A DNA stretch of 34,897 nt from a virus (Duplodnaviria; Caudoviricetes), in IMG/VR virus record IMGVR_UViG_3300012667_000098, positions 1 through 34,897 of that record; one strand, given 5' to 3'. How positions within the stretch are numbered: position 1 is the first letter of the stretch; the number at the start of each line of letters is the position of its first letter. The notes under the pieces were generated by a model, which did no database searches, was not told the origin of the DNA, and was given only the letters and a program-made list of their open reading frames with translations. Below are positions 26,501-34,897 of this stretch, piece after piece. Made by a program: the position numbers and the translations under genes.

Positions 26501-28258
26501 TTATCTGAAGACGGCTCAATCACTGACACTTATTCTAAAGTAGCAGTTTCTAACTCTACTGGTGCTGGATGGAGAATGTTTGATCTTCCAGCAAAGACAA
26601 CATGGAGCAATATTGCATATGGCAATGGCCGATTTGTAGCGATTGCTACAGGAACAGCTACATCGGCATACAGTACGACATTTGGATCAACTTGGACAGC
26701 TGGAACAGGCCTTCCAAATACAACTTGGTCTGATTTGACATATGGTAAAGGTCTATTTGTTGCAGTAGCTACCGGCGGAACAACTGCGGCATATACTACA
26801 ACAGGCGCAACTTGGACTTCTGCAACACTACCAGCATCAACAACTTGGTCAAGTGTTGCGTTCGGTAACAACTTGTTTGTTGCAGTATCAAACACTAGTT
26901 CACCGTCGGCTTACAGTCAAGACGGCCAGACTTGGTCCTTAGGTAATGTTTCAATTACTGCTGATAAGATTGCTTATGGGCAAGGTGTGTTCGTAGCAGT
27001 TGATTCGGCTAGCGGCACCGCCTACACCAGTGAAGACGGCGAAAACTGGATTGTTAGAACAGTAACAGATGACGGATACGGCGCTATTACTTTTGGTTAT
27101 GTTGCTGAAGATGATTACGCTGGTAAGTTTGTAACAGTAGCGGGACAATCAATCAGTAGCATTATCAGCGCAGGCGCAAGAGCTAAAGGTCGTGCAGTTA
27201 TTACTTCAGGTAAGATTAGATCAGTTAGTCAGTGGGAAGCAGGTAGCGGTTATGCTACAGCGCCTACATTAACATTTACAGATCCAAACGTCACTAACTT
27301 AGTTACTGTAGAAATGCGATTAAGCAATGGCACATTAGGTAATCCAACTTTTGTAAACAGAGGTCAGGATTATAACACTAACTCGACAGCAATTACTATT
27401 ACCGGTGGCGGTTATGCTGATACTTTCCAAGTTGGATTGACTATCATTGTTAAGAATTTAACAAGTTTACCACGCCCTGGCGATAACTTAGTAATTGAAG
27501 GAAACGACAAAGTATATAAAGTTACAGATGCAAGAGCAGTGTTCGGTACAACTGCTCCAAACATTCAAGCAAACATTCAAGTATCTCCTGAGATGACTAC
27601 AGCACTAAGCCCAGTACACGAAGCTAATGTTACAATTCGCCAGAAGTACAGCCAGTGTAGACTAACAGGTCATGACTTCTTGAATGTAGGTTATGGTAAC
27701 TATATTGATTCTAGATATCCAGGTGTTCCAACAGACACAGTGCTTGCTCCTCAAGACCAAGCAGTTGAAGTTAACTTTGGTCGTGTGTTCTACACAAGTA
27801 CTGACCAAGACGGTAACTTTAAAGTTGGTAGCTTGTTTGCAGTCGAACAGTCAACAGGTATTGTTACTATTAGCGCATCACAGTTTGGATTGAGTGGATT
27901 GGAAACATTGAGCTTAGGTGGTATTGCAGTTGGCGGATCAAGTGTTATTGTTAGACAGTTTAGTACAGACTCATCGTTTGTAGCAAACAGCAATGAAATT
28001 ATCCCAACACAGCGAGCAGTTAAGGCTTACTTAGAATCTCGTCTAAGTCAAGGTGGTTCAAACACATTTACTGGACAGTTGATTGCTGGTACAGTATTAA
28101 TTGGTGGCGCAGACAAGATCTCTAGTACAATTCCAAACGGTATTGCAGGATCAGTTGTAAGAATGCCAAACACCGTGCGTGTAGAAGGCGAATTTGCAGG
28201 CTGGGATGGCGACGGTATGGCATATCAGTTCTTTATGAAGAACGCTAATAATCGCTAA
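20570..28258 (+). CDS. Giant multidomain virion protein (2562 aa), putative tail fibre/adhesin
   Basis: N-terminal W...T.Y..GD.V.YGG..Y.C...H repeats (CBM5/12-like). Beta-helix-like motifs VKTGTY.E.LPI and GDELR. GTTYYI repeats and W..VAYGNG.FVA propeller-like repeats. C-terminal GHDFL...STDQDGNF domain. Confidence 0.8.
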   Translation: MAEFKIGRLRFTWRGQWATGTFYNRDAVSQYNGKTYVCLEPHTSGEFYDDLAHINQQGASTPYWTLMLEGKEWKSAWEPTTFYSLGNIVTYGGVVYVCTEQHTSGSAQIDLTKWDTYSRFDNWNNAWATATVYGLGDIVKYGGIVYRCVTNHLSDASVTAGLESDQAKWEVVNNGIDYKGLFSTSTRYKKNDLVKNGADMYICLAGHTASSFDVTKWSTWLPGLDFGTTWNSGATYQIGDLVIYGGYSYVCVTSNNTSNIPSTSTSDWNIVTEGYSMKNEWDAGSSYKIGDVVRRGGLLFVAVSDNTSKDPSGFSVSTTYASAGSSGTTLEVASTAGIVPGMIVHGVGYLRGQTVVSVVDNTTLVISEGPDGVAVDGETIAFIGVNYVFWTLSVPSVDWKNFWESDVDYVIGDLVIWGNGTYRCVSNHTSGEVFRPDLDTDRQYWIDYLLHARENAGNSQGDLVAFDGTSPAAIAIGPEDYLLRINTDLPEWAKILKVNKVFYVATDGVDADDYGDTLDKPYASVQYATTKVLNGTEFQNSNALLKANKEWLVEELYQWMVYQSANNNIPFSTTSVFDETASKRDARLIIDAISYDMSRTGNSQIVAATIKYFADGSTTTFYNQETDDAQDYIVASLTKLKELMNAVFENDQPAFNYQQLNVTWDSGTTYETDDVVFFAGNYYISLLDNNTDSQPDVSESWELTTVPTTVVEQTIDLVNIPEGGSVAEMTSLMDIVITAITNANTRTVPQPNQGITSTIFVKTGTYSEDLPIILPENCALCGDELRGTVIQPKKTVYTYTTSARALTNRFTLHSTDGLEVDMPIQFVSAGINDEFSEIIIGQTFYVLEIVGKEITVSTEPGGSEYELVSGTGFMTVYAGDCLKDMIYVRNGSGVRNMTLTGLAGTLTELNINLTRRPTGGAYVSLDPGAGPEDTTVWILKRSPYIQNVTTFGVGATGLKIDGTLHNGGNKSIVCNDFTQIISDGIGVWCTGTGSLTECVSVFSYYNYAGYLAEDGGRIRATNGNSSYGVYGCIAEGFDDTEVPIAGVVDNRSSQVQASVQSSFGVSAQLLKMQYANAGSGYNESTTNLLKNSNHLDETVSWTSDGNLTIQQNTTSPSGYADGWTLTGNTSTTDSSYLYQDLVVAAPGASYTALPGLNVTGSGIGADFNVTVNSTSYAVTVNEGGSGYVIGNQIRVLGSALGGIDGTNDCFVTVATLSGSSILTVTVTGTVPEGSALPYTFSIYAKQGSSNSFDVYASYSGSVAMTSSINYNFVTGNFTPAATGGGLVPTSYGKLELPNGWYRIWFTFYDKNALNTALQIRLYPRGRAAPAGSTRFYGSQLQISTSPTFYLETTDTRHTAFANYRIVGAGTGAETIGDELRTGAVFQTRVTEVGSGLGGAGYLTSQNNAQAGDDVSVTLSGSDTNLATNYIGMRVFLNSGTGAGQYGYISAYDDAISKVAQVLKESFEPLGIVGSDSTADTLSLSPSFNTSTLYENQRVQFIPTYYNTTVSSTGIDSITVTASTGGTVNTLTVSSTKKLTANMPIKFFGTTFGGVVTDFVYYIKEIVDDVTITVSTEIFGAVWLLTTSSGSFTMTFPGYNSYISASTSNMQVNMPVQFTGSSLGGISVGTTYYINSIVNANTFTISSTLVEIEATASNASTNALTTASTASLVPLNPIVFSGVTFGNIVAGTTYYINKIVSPGAFTVTDAIISVQASETAISTNLITVNSTAGFIANNPIIFTGNTFGGIVNGTTYYILAINDDTTFTISTSPGGSAFNLTSATGDMLTRTTDGPVVLTTDTGSMTGSSTNAKTSLSYGFGAMNATFSTKLFGNVLAGTTYYVRTINSDSFTVSETLGGGNFALKTDAGAMNVAAVGWDHINPGTPIADNLDNSTVYFIEARTIYSAPPFLQTATDINAIAPGTEWISVAYGNGTFMALPSGNATGGMSVNGTDWEAFTLPDMRSWVDLAYGNHYWVALSEDGSITDTYSKVAVSNSTGAGWRMFDLPAKTTWSNIAYGNGRFVAIATGTATSAYSTTFGSTWTAGTGLPNTTWSDLTYGKGLFVAVATGGTTAAYTTTGATWTSATLPASTTWSSVAFGNNLFVAVSNTSSPSAYSQDGQTWSLGNVSITADKIAYGQGVFVAVDSASGTAYTSEDGENWIVRTVTDDGYGAITFGYVAEDDYAGKFVTVAGQSISSIISAGARAKGRAVITSGKIRSVSQWEAGSGYATAPTLTFTDPNVTNLVTVEMRLSNGTLGNPTFVNRGQDYNTNSTAITITGGGYADTFQVGLTIIVKNLTSLPRPGDNLVIEGNDKVYKVTDARAVFGTTAPNIQANIQVSPEMTTALSPVHEANVTIRQKYSQCRLTGHDFLNVGYGNYIDSRYPGVPTDTVLAPQDQAVEVNFGRVFYTSTDQDGNFKVGSLFAVEQSTGIVTISASQFGLSGLETLSLGGIAVGGSSVIVRQFSTDSSFVANSNEIIPTQRAVKAYLESRLSQGGSNTFTGQLIAGTVLIGGADKISSTIPNGIAGSVVRMPNTVRVEGEFAGWDGDGMAYQFFMKNANNR

Positions 28259-28283
28259 ACTAGAAACGGAAAAATTGAATAAG

Positions 28284-28290
28284 ATAAATA
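28284..28290 (+). promoter_or_regulatory. Late promoter ATAAATA
   Basis: Followed by a GAGGA RBS and ATG 28311. Confidence 0.7.
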
Positions 28291-28310
28291 CTATCAGAGG
28301 ATGATATAAA

Positions 28311-31300
28311 ATGGCAGAATTTAAACTAGGTAGAATCAGATTTGTATGGCAAGGCGAGTGGACCTTTAGCACAACTTATGTAGTAGACGACATCGTCAGC
28401 ATCAGTGGTAAAAGCTACATTTGTGTAAGAAGTCATACCGCCGGCGTTACAGATGGTACATTTGCTGGCGACCTAAACATTCCAGGTGCACCAAAGTGGG
28501 AACTAGTAAGTGACGGTACTGAGTGGCAGGGCGACTGGACAGCGAGCACTTATTACAATGCTGGATCACAAGTTAAGTACGGTGGTTTAGTATATGTTTG
28601 TACTACTGCACATACTTCATCTACCTATGTATCTCCAACATGGTACGGCTTAGAAGGCCTTGGCAAAACAACTCCTGGTATTCAAGATGATATTGGAAAC
28701 TGGGAAGTATTCGCTGAAACATTTAACTGGACAGGTAACTGGGCTCCAGTAACTCGCTATCGTCTAAACGACTTTGTTGCATACGGCGGTGTTACTTATG
28801 TATGTAATACTGCTCACATCTCAGGCGCTGATGCAGCCGCAGGATTAGAAGCAGATATTAGCAAATGGGATATCTTTAATAAAGGTATTACTTACTTAGG
28901 CGATTGGAATCCAGCAGGCGACATTCGCTACAGACTAAATGATGTAGTTAAGTATGGTGCTAGTACTTGGATTTGCGTAACACCTCACACATCAACAACT
29001 AGCTTTGACGATGTTAAGTTTGAAATCTTCGTTGAAGGTTTAGAATTTGAAAGCACATGGGACACTGGTACAATCTATCAAATTGGTGATACTGTAACCT
29101 ACGGTGGTTACTCATACATCGCCAAGCGAAACAACATCGGTTCAAATCCGTCTACAGGTGCTAACGCAACCTTAGACTGGACAGTTTATACCACTGGCTT
29201 TAACTTCCGTGGCGACTATGTCGGCGGAACAGCATACCTTGTAGGCGATGTAGTTCGCTTAGGTAGCTATACATATCTTGCAGTTGATGACAGCACCGAC
29301 GAAGTTCCTCCAAACTTAGCGTTCTGGAATAGATTGAACTCTGGCGTTAACTGGACCAACCCTCAAGAAACATTTACAGGTGTTGCCGGTACTACACTAA
29401 CTGGTATTGGTGAACTAGCAACATTTGATATCACTCGTTCAGGTACTGCATACAGCGTTGTAGTTAATGCAACTGGACAATATTATGCAGTTAACGACAC
29501 AATTAAAGTTTTAGGCTCAGCAATTGGCGGCCTAAGCCCAGTTAACGACTTAACAATTACAGTAACTGCCGTTGATGCAGGCGCAATTGAAACTGTTACT
29601 AGCTCAGGTATTGCAGTAACATGGACTGACAGTAATGTTTATGTTCTAGGTGATGTTGCATTCTACGGTGCAAACAGTTATATCTGCGTTGCTGGACATA
29701 CTGCTGAAACAGCAAATCGTCCAGATAATGATGTTGCTTCGGAATTCTGGAACTTACTAGCTGCCGGTTCAGAATCAGCAGTACTAACAGTCCAAGGCGA
29801 CACATATTTTTACGGCGCAAACGGCCCAACAAGATTACCAATTGGTACAGATGGACAGATCTTGCGTGTTCGTGGTGGATACCCAACATGGACTTACTAC
29901 GGTGTAGTTAACAACATTGTTTATGTTGCCCCTACAGGTACAGATAGTGAAGAAACTGGCTGGGGTCTAACTATAGACAAGCCATGGAAAACTGTTCGCT
30001 ACGCTTGTGACCAAGTTAGACACGGCTACCTAAACAGAAACGCAACTGCTATCTTAAAGAAGAATAAGCAGTTCATCATGAAAGAAATTTCAAACTGGGT
30101 AATTGATACTTACTCAGTAGCTGTAACTGCTAGTAGCAACGGCACTAACGAGTTTACAGCAGATGATACCTCAACATTAACTGCCGGAATGCCAATTGAG
30201 TTTGACGGCATTGGCGGCGGCGTTGTAGCAGGTACTAAGTATTTTGTAAAAACTGTAGTCAGCGACACTGCATTTACTATTAGCGAAACACAAGGCGGAA
30301 CAGTTAAGCCGTTGTCTACCACTAGTATTGCAATGACTGGCCAACTATCATACGATCAAACATTGTGCGAAAGAGATACTGGTTTGTTAGTTGACGCTTT
30401 AATTCACGACATCGGTCGTGGCGGCACTGATATGACAACTAAGGCTGCACTAGCCTATTACACAACTGCTGGCTTCAGCTATATCAACAGCAACTTTGGA
30501 CAACAAACTGTTCAAACTATTGCCGCATACACTTACTTGAAAGAGTTAGTGGGTAATGTATTAGCACAAGTTGCTCCAGATGTAAACTATCAGGCAGCTA
30601 ACGGCGTTGTAAACGGCGCAGTACAAATTGTTGATTCATCGTTAGTTGCAGAAGCTGGTATTGCCACTGTTACTGACTCATTACTAACTATTGTTACTGA
30701 TGGTATTGCCGCAGGCACAGCAACAGCTATTCCTGCAAGTGTTAAAGCTAACACAACAGTTAATGTTAAGACAGGTACATACTATGAAGTATTGCCAATC
30801 ATTATTCCTCCGTTCACTGCGGTTGTAGGTGATGAACTTCGTAGTACTGTTATTAGCCCAAAGGCAGCGATTCCGAACTTAGTTAACGATAAAGAGAAGA
30901 CAACTTCTGCGCTTAACAGAATTAAAGCAATCGTTCCGAACATTGTTTCAAATACTACAGTAGTTCCAACAACTGGAAACACTACTGCTCAAGTAGTATC
31001 TGTTGGAACTTACACAGGCGCAGTTGAGTTAACTTCTAACATCAACATCATGACTAATGTACTTGCTAACGGAGCAACTAGTGCCCCTGCATTTACATAT
31101 CCTGACCCGACTGGCTATGACGCTGGTTACTTAAATGCTCGCCGACTAATTGTTGCAAACAAGCAATTCTTAAAAGACGAAGTTGCAGCCTACATGGTTG
31201 CTAACTTTAGTTCTGTTTGGACAGGGTTAGGCGTTGACGGACAAGCCGCTTGCCAGCGTGACGTTGGCTATATTGTTGATGCATTGACATATGACTTAAC

Positions 31301-34300
31301 ATACGGCGGTAATTTAGCAACAGTAATCGCAGCTCGCTCATATTATACAAATGGTACATTTGTTGAACCATCAGGCGAGAAAGCAGCCGCACTAGCAGTT
31401 CAACTTTATATCAAATCTATTATTGATAATATTGCTACTGGTGATGATGCAGGTTGGACTAAGCTAAGTGCTAGTGTACAAGATGTATCAGGTACTGCTG
31501 GTTCAGCAGGTGCCGCAACATTTGCGCAGGCTCGCATTCAAGAAGTACATGATACTATTGACACTGGCACTGCTCCTACAACTATTGCTCCAAGTACAGC
31601 ATGGGTTGCAAGCGCATTGACTACGGCTAACACTAATATCCAAGCACAGAAAGCACACATCCAAGCTTCTGTAATCCGTTGGATTAACGAATCTTATCCA
31701 GATTTAGTATACAACACGGTAACTTGCTCTCGTGATGCAGGTTACATTGTTGACGCATTATGTTACGACATGATGTTTGGCAGCAACTTCCTATCAGTAC
31801 AAAATGCATTGAGCTACTACAGAGGTCTAACTTCTACAGCAATAGTATTAGCAGATCAACTAGCTCCTACACTAAGCGTAATTGGTTATGTTGGTGCATC
31901 AGTTAAAGAAATTGCTAGTGGTGTTACTGGTGTAGTTGGTAGCGTGTCAGCAATTGAACGCATTGAAGCATCAGCTGATGTTATCTATGACGTTTTAAAC
32001 AACGGCGTTACCTCAGCTCCAAACGAAATCATTACTGATCCTAGCGACTTAGATACAGATTATGCAGGCGCTAGAAATCAAATTGCTAACAACTATACAT
32101 TTATTAAGGCTGAAATTTCAGCGTACTTGAATGTAAACTATAACTCTGTATGGACAGCGTTAGGTGTAGCCGGCCAAGCTAGTTGCCAGCGAGATGTTGG
32201 TTATATCTTAGACGCACTACGCTACGACTTAACATACGGCGGTAACACACAAACTTTAATTGTAGGTAGTTCATACTATTCATACATTAACTTAGTAATT
32301 GCTAGCACAGAAAAAACAGCAACTCTTGCTGCCTACGCTAGACTAAAAGACATTATTGACAATATCTGTTTAGGTACTACATTTACAGTATCAGCAGGCA
32401 ACGGCGAAACACAATCAACAGGTGGTGCAAAAGACACAGTTGGTACAGCAGCCGCATTTGCACAAGCTCGTGTTCAAGATATCTATGACTGGATTGATGA
32501 TGGTCTATCACCAGCTGCGATTGCTCCAGACACTAGCTGGGTAGATGCTAATTTACTTGCAGGATTTACAGCATTGCAGGCTAAGAAAGCAGAAATTCAA
32601 TTAGACGGCACTGCATGGGTACACAAGTATTATCAAGAACTATCATTTGTTGAAGCAACTTGCGCTAGAGACATTGGATACATGGTAGATGCAATGGGCT
32701 ACGACATGATGTTTGGCAGCAACTTTGCGTCGATCATTGTTGGTAAGAGCTACCATCGTGCAATTACATCAACTCAGTTAGTTATTGCAGAACAGAAAGA
32801 TGCTAGCTTAGGTCTAGTTAACTTCTTAAAGTATAAAGCTAAAGGTGTTGCAACAGCAGGCGCAGTTGCATTGATTAGTTCAAATATTGATGACATTACT
32901 GGCACTATCGCTGGAGGTGTAACTCCACGCTTTACATGGCCTGACTACACTGGTATTGATTCTGGATACCAGGCAGCTAGAACATTACTAAGTGATAACA
33001 AAGAATTCTTTAGAGAAGAAGTTATTGCTTATATTTCAGCAAACTACCCTAGCATCACATATGATGTAACTACTTGCCAACGCGATGTTAGCTACATTGT
33101 TGATGCATTACGCTACGATTTAACATATGGCGGCAATATTGCTACCCGTCAAGCCGCAGCCGCATACTTCTCAGGCTTATCATCTGCACTACAAATTGAC
33201 GGCGCTGATAAGGCTGCAACTTTGGCAGCATACACATTCCTAAGAGACTTGATGGAAGATGTATCACAGAATACACTAGCAACTGCGCTACAAACTAATG
33301 TATCACAAGTTCGTGGCGTTGCTGGATCAGTAGGTGCTGCCGCTGAAATTGTATCTTTAATGGATGACATTATTGCTACGATTGACAGCCTAGCAAACTT
33401 ACCAGCACAAGTAGATCCAGGCACTACATGGGTCGATAGCGACTTATTAGCTAAACAAGCCGCATTAGATGCAGCCAAGACTACAATCGTTGCGGCTGTA
33501 TCAGATTTTATCGGAACAAATTATCCAAACTTAGTATATGATGTTGTCACATGCGAACGAGATGTTGGCTACATTATTGATGCTATCGGTTGGGATATGG
33601 TACTCAACAGTAACTATCAATCTGTTAAGGCAGGTATGAGTTACTATAGAGCAACAGCAGCCTTAGTGTTAGGCGATCAAAAGAAAGCTACACTTGATGC
33701 ATTTAGATTCTTAAAAGGTGAAATTGCAGATGTAGTTGCAGAAAGTGCAACAGCTACTACCCGAGTTAAATCAGGTATGTCAATTATTATTGATATATTA
33801 GCTAACGGCATTGGTAACACACCGCAAGTAACTGGTACATTAACATACAACAACACTCTAGGTACAATTAATGCAGTTGAAGCAATTAGAGCTAACAAGA
33901 ACTTCTTAGCTTCTGAAGCAACAGCATGGATTAGCGATTACTTTGGCGACACTGTAATTGGAACAGACAGTGCTGACAACACCGTTGACACAAGACTACC
34001 ACACAACTTATCAGTTGGCGACACTATTGTGTTTAAGACAACTGTAATTAACGCAGTTATTAAAGCAACTAGCTCAACAGGAAACTTAGTAACTGTTAAG
34101 TCAACAGCAGGCTTTATGGTTGGTCAAAAGTTTACTACTGTAATTGGTACTATCGGTAACATCCTTGCTGGTACAGTTTACTATATTGCAAGCATTGTTA
34201 ACAGTACACAAATTACATTAACTGATACATTTGACGGCGCCGCGATTGATCCAGGTACTGGCACAGGTACTATTACTGCAACTGTTGGCGCAACAGTTGG

Positions 34301-34897
34301 CGACATTCTAATAGGTACTCAGTACTATGTATTATCAGTTCCAACAATCACATCGTTCACATTTGGTGAAGCTCCAGATAGCTTAACATCAACACCTGTT
34401 ATATCTGATACAGGATCGATCATGGTATCATATTACTATGACGAAGTATCATGTAAGCGTGATATGAGCGCATACTTAGATGCATTAATTGAAGACTTAC
34501 AGTACACTGGTAACTATCAGTCAACTTATGCCGCAACATTGTACAACAATGCCGTAGCAGGTTCTGAATTGTCTGACATGTTCTGGGTAAGCAACAGTAC
34601 TGGTCTAAGAAACTGTACTCTAAGCGGTCTAAACGGACAACTTACAGACGAAAACAAGTATGGAACTAAGCGTCCAACAGCAGGTGCGTTCGTAGCATTG
34701 AACCCAGGCTTTGGTCCTAACGATAGCCGTGTATGGGTAATGACTCGTTCACACTATTCACAGAACGTCACAATGTTCGGTACAGCATGTACTGGTGCTA
34801 AGATTGACTCTGCACTACACAGTGGCGGTAACAAGTCGATGGTTAAGAACGACTTTACAACAATTCTAAGTGATGGTATTGGTGTATGGTGTACAGG
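28311..34897 (+). CDS. Second giant virion protein (>2195 aa, 3'-truncated; absent from ORF track), paralogue of 20570..28258
   Basis: Starts MAEFKLGRIRFVWQGEW, versus MAEFKIGRLRFTWRGQW in the paralogue. The same frame reads DFTTILSDGIGVWCT at the window end, matching DFTQIISDGIGVWCT. All internal motifs checked are in this frame. Confidence 0.9.
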   Translation, partial: MAEFKLGRIRFVWQGEWTFSTTYVVDDIVSISGKSYICVRSHTAGVTDGTFAGDLNIPGAPKWELVSDGTEWQGDWTASTYYNAGSQVKYGGLVYVCTTAHTSSTYVSPTWYGLEGLGKTTPGIQDDIGNWEVFAETFNWTGNWAPVTRYRLNDFVAYGGVTYVCNTAHISGADAAAGLEADISKWDIFNKGITYLGDWNPAGDIRYRLNDVVKYGASTWICVTPHTSTTSFDDVKFEIFVEGLEFESTWDTGTIYQIGDTVTYGGYSYIAKRNNIGSNPSTGANATLDWTVYTTGFNFRGDYVGGTAYLVGDVVRLGSYTYLAVDDSTDEVPPNLAFWNRLNSGVNWTNPQETFTGVAGTTLTGIGELATFDITRSGTAYSVVVNATGQYYAVNDTIKVLGSAIGGLSPVNDLTITVTAVDAGAIETVTSSGIAVTWTDSNVYVLGDVAFYGANSYICVAGHTAETANRPDNDVASEFWNLLAAGSESAVLTVQGDTYFYGANGPTRLPIGTDGQILRVRGGYPTWTYYGVVNNIVYVAPTGTDSEETGWGLTIDKPWKTVRYACDQVRHGYLNRNATAILKKNKQFIMKEISNWVIDTYSVAVTASSNGTNEFTADDTSTLTAGMPIEFDGIGGGVVAGTKYFVKTVVSDTAFTISETQGGTVKPLSTTSIAMTGQLSYDQTLCERDTGLLVDALIHDIGRGGTDMTTKAALAYYTTAGFSYINSNFGQQTVQTIAAYTYLKELVGNVLAQVAPDVNYQAANGVVNGAVQIVDSSLVAEAGIATVTDSLLTIVTDGIAAGTATAIPASVKANTTVNVKTGTYYEVLPIIIPPFTAVVGDELRSTVISPKAAIPNLVNDKEKTTSALNRIKAIVPNIVSNTTVVPTTGNTTAQVVSVGTYTGAVELTSNINIMTNVLANGATSAPAFTYPDPTGYDAGYLNARRLIVANKQFLKDEVAAYMVANFSSVWTGLGVDGQAACQRDVGYIVDALTYDLTYGGNLATVIAARSYYTNGTFVEPSGEKAAALAVQLYIKSIIDNIATGDDAGWTKLSASVQDVSGTAGSAGAATFAQARIQEVHDTIDTGTAPTTIAPSTAWVASALTTANTNIQAQKAHIQASVIRWINESYPDLVYNTVTCSRDAGYIVDALCYDMMFGSNFLSVQNALSYYRGLTSTAIVLADQLAPTLSVIGYVGASVKEIASGVTGVVGSVSAIERIEASADVIYDVLNNGVTSAPNEIITDPSDLDTDYAGARNQIANNYTFIKAEISAYLNVNYNSVWTALGVAGQASCQRDVGYILDALRYDLTYGGNTQTLIVGSSYYSYINLVIASTEKTATLAAYARLKDIIDNICLGTTFTVSAGNGETQSTGGAKDTVGTAAAFAQARVQDIYDWIDDGLSPAAIAPDTSWVDANLLAGFTALQAKKAEIQLDGTAWVHKYYQELSFVEATCARDIGYMVDAMGYDMMFGSNFASIIVGKSYHRAITSTQLVIAEQKDASLGLVNFLKYKAKGVATAGAVALISSNIDDITGTIAGGVTPRFTWPDYTGIDSGYQAARTLLSDNKEFFREEVIAYISANYPSITYDVTTCQRDVSYIVDALRYDLTYGGNIATRQAAAAYFSGLSSALQIDGADKAATLAAYTFLRDLMEDVSQNTLATALQTNVSQVRGVAGSVGAAAEIVSLMDDIIATIDSLANLPAQVDPGTTWVDSDLLAKQAALDAAKTTIVAAVSDFIGTNYPNLVYDVVTCERDVGYIIDAIGWDMVLNSNYQSVKAGMSYYRATAALVLGDQKKATLDAFRFLKGEIADVVAESATATTRVKSGMSIIIDILANGIGNTPQVTGTLTYNNTLGTINAVEAIRANKNFLASEATAWISDYFGDTVIGTDSADNTVDTRLPHNLSVGDTIVFKTTVINAVIKATSSTGNLVTVKSTAGFMVGQKFTTVIGTIGNILAGTVYYIASIVNSTQITLTDTFDGAAIDPGTGTGTITATVGATVGDILIGTQYYVLSVPTITSFTFGEAPDSLTSTPVISDTGSIMVSYYYDEVSCKRDMSAYLDALIEDLQYTGNYQSTYAATLYNNAVAGSELSDMFWVSNSTGLRNCTLSGLNGQLTDENKYGTKRPTAGAFVALNPGFGPNDSRVWVMTRSHYSQNVTMFGTACTGAKIDSALHSGGNKSMVKNDFTTILSDGIGVWCT
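30366..34514 (+). repeat. Eight C-x-R-D-x-G-Y-x-x-D-A-x-x-x-D helical protein repeats
   Basis: Cys codons at 30366, 31251, 31725, 32184, 32661, 33075, 33552 and 34452, all in the 28311 frame. Confidence 0.85.

Noticed and set aside
173-33898. Many short antisense or alternate-frame ORFs in the track (for example 393..830, 7649..8071, 19416..20000, 33149..33478)
   Set aside because: They lie within well-supported genes, have no recognisable motifs, and are expected shadows of codon bias.
20570-34897. Diversity-generating retroelement or invertible cassette acting on the fibre genes
   Set aside because: No reverse transcriptase or recombinase is in the window, and no near-identical TR/VR pair with adenine-specific differences was seen. 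The paralogues are diverged at the DNA level.
1-34897. Stop-codon reassignment, inteins or introns in core genes
   Set aside because: Genes are full length and tightly packed under the standard code. gp46, gp47, gp20, gp21 and gp23 show no insertions of intein or intron size.

Overview
34.9 kb of a large T4-like tailed phage genome, AT-rich and read with the standard genetic code; the host cannot be determined from this window. From left to right: the 3' part of the late sigma factor gene (gp55-like), the gp47/gp46 (Mre11/Rad50-like) nuclease pair, two small genes and a minimal GIY-YIG nuclease. Next comes a ~460-nt densely structured non-coding segment, a putative internal head protein, and a minus-strand baseplate-hub/tail-chaperone gene with an apparent -1 frameshift extension. 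A tape-measure-like gene precedes the head module (portal gp20, acidic core protein, protease gp21, scaffold gp22, major capsid gp23). The rest is virion/fibre-like genes ending in two giant paralogous proteins: one of 2562 aa, and one of >2195 aa that runs off the window and is missing from the ORF track. TAAATA late-promoter motifs precede most transcription units. The most notable observations are: (1) a large plus-strand structured RNA candidate with G-U-rich stems and a pseudoknot directly after a GIY-YIG nuclease that lacks a DNA-binding domain; (2) eight C-x-R-D helical repeats in the last giant protein, six alternating A/B at ~155-aa spacing, resembling the phycobiliprotein Cys84 bilin site; (3) a T-TTT-TTC frameshift; and (4) two structured 5' leaders. 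All protein calls come from motif recognition by eye, and all RNA pairings were checked by hand rather than computed.
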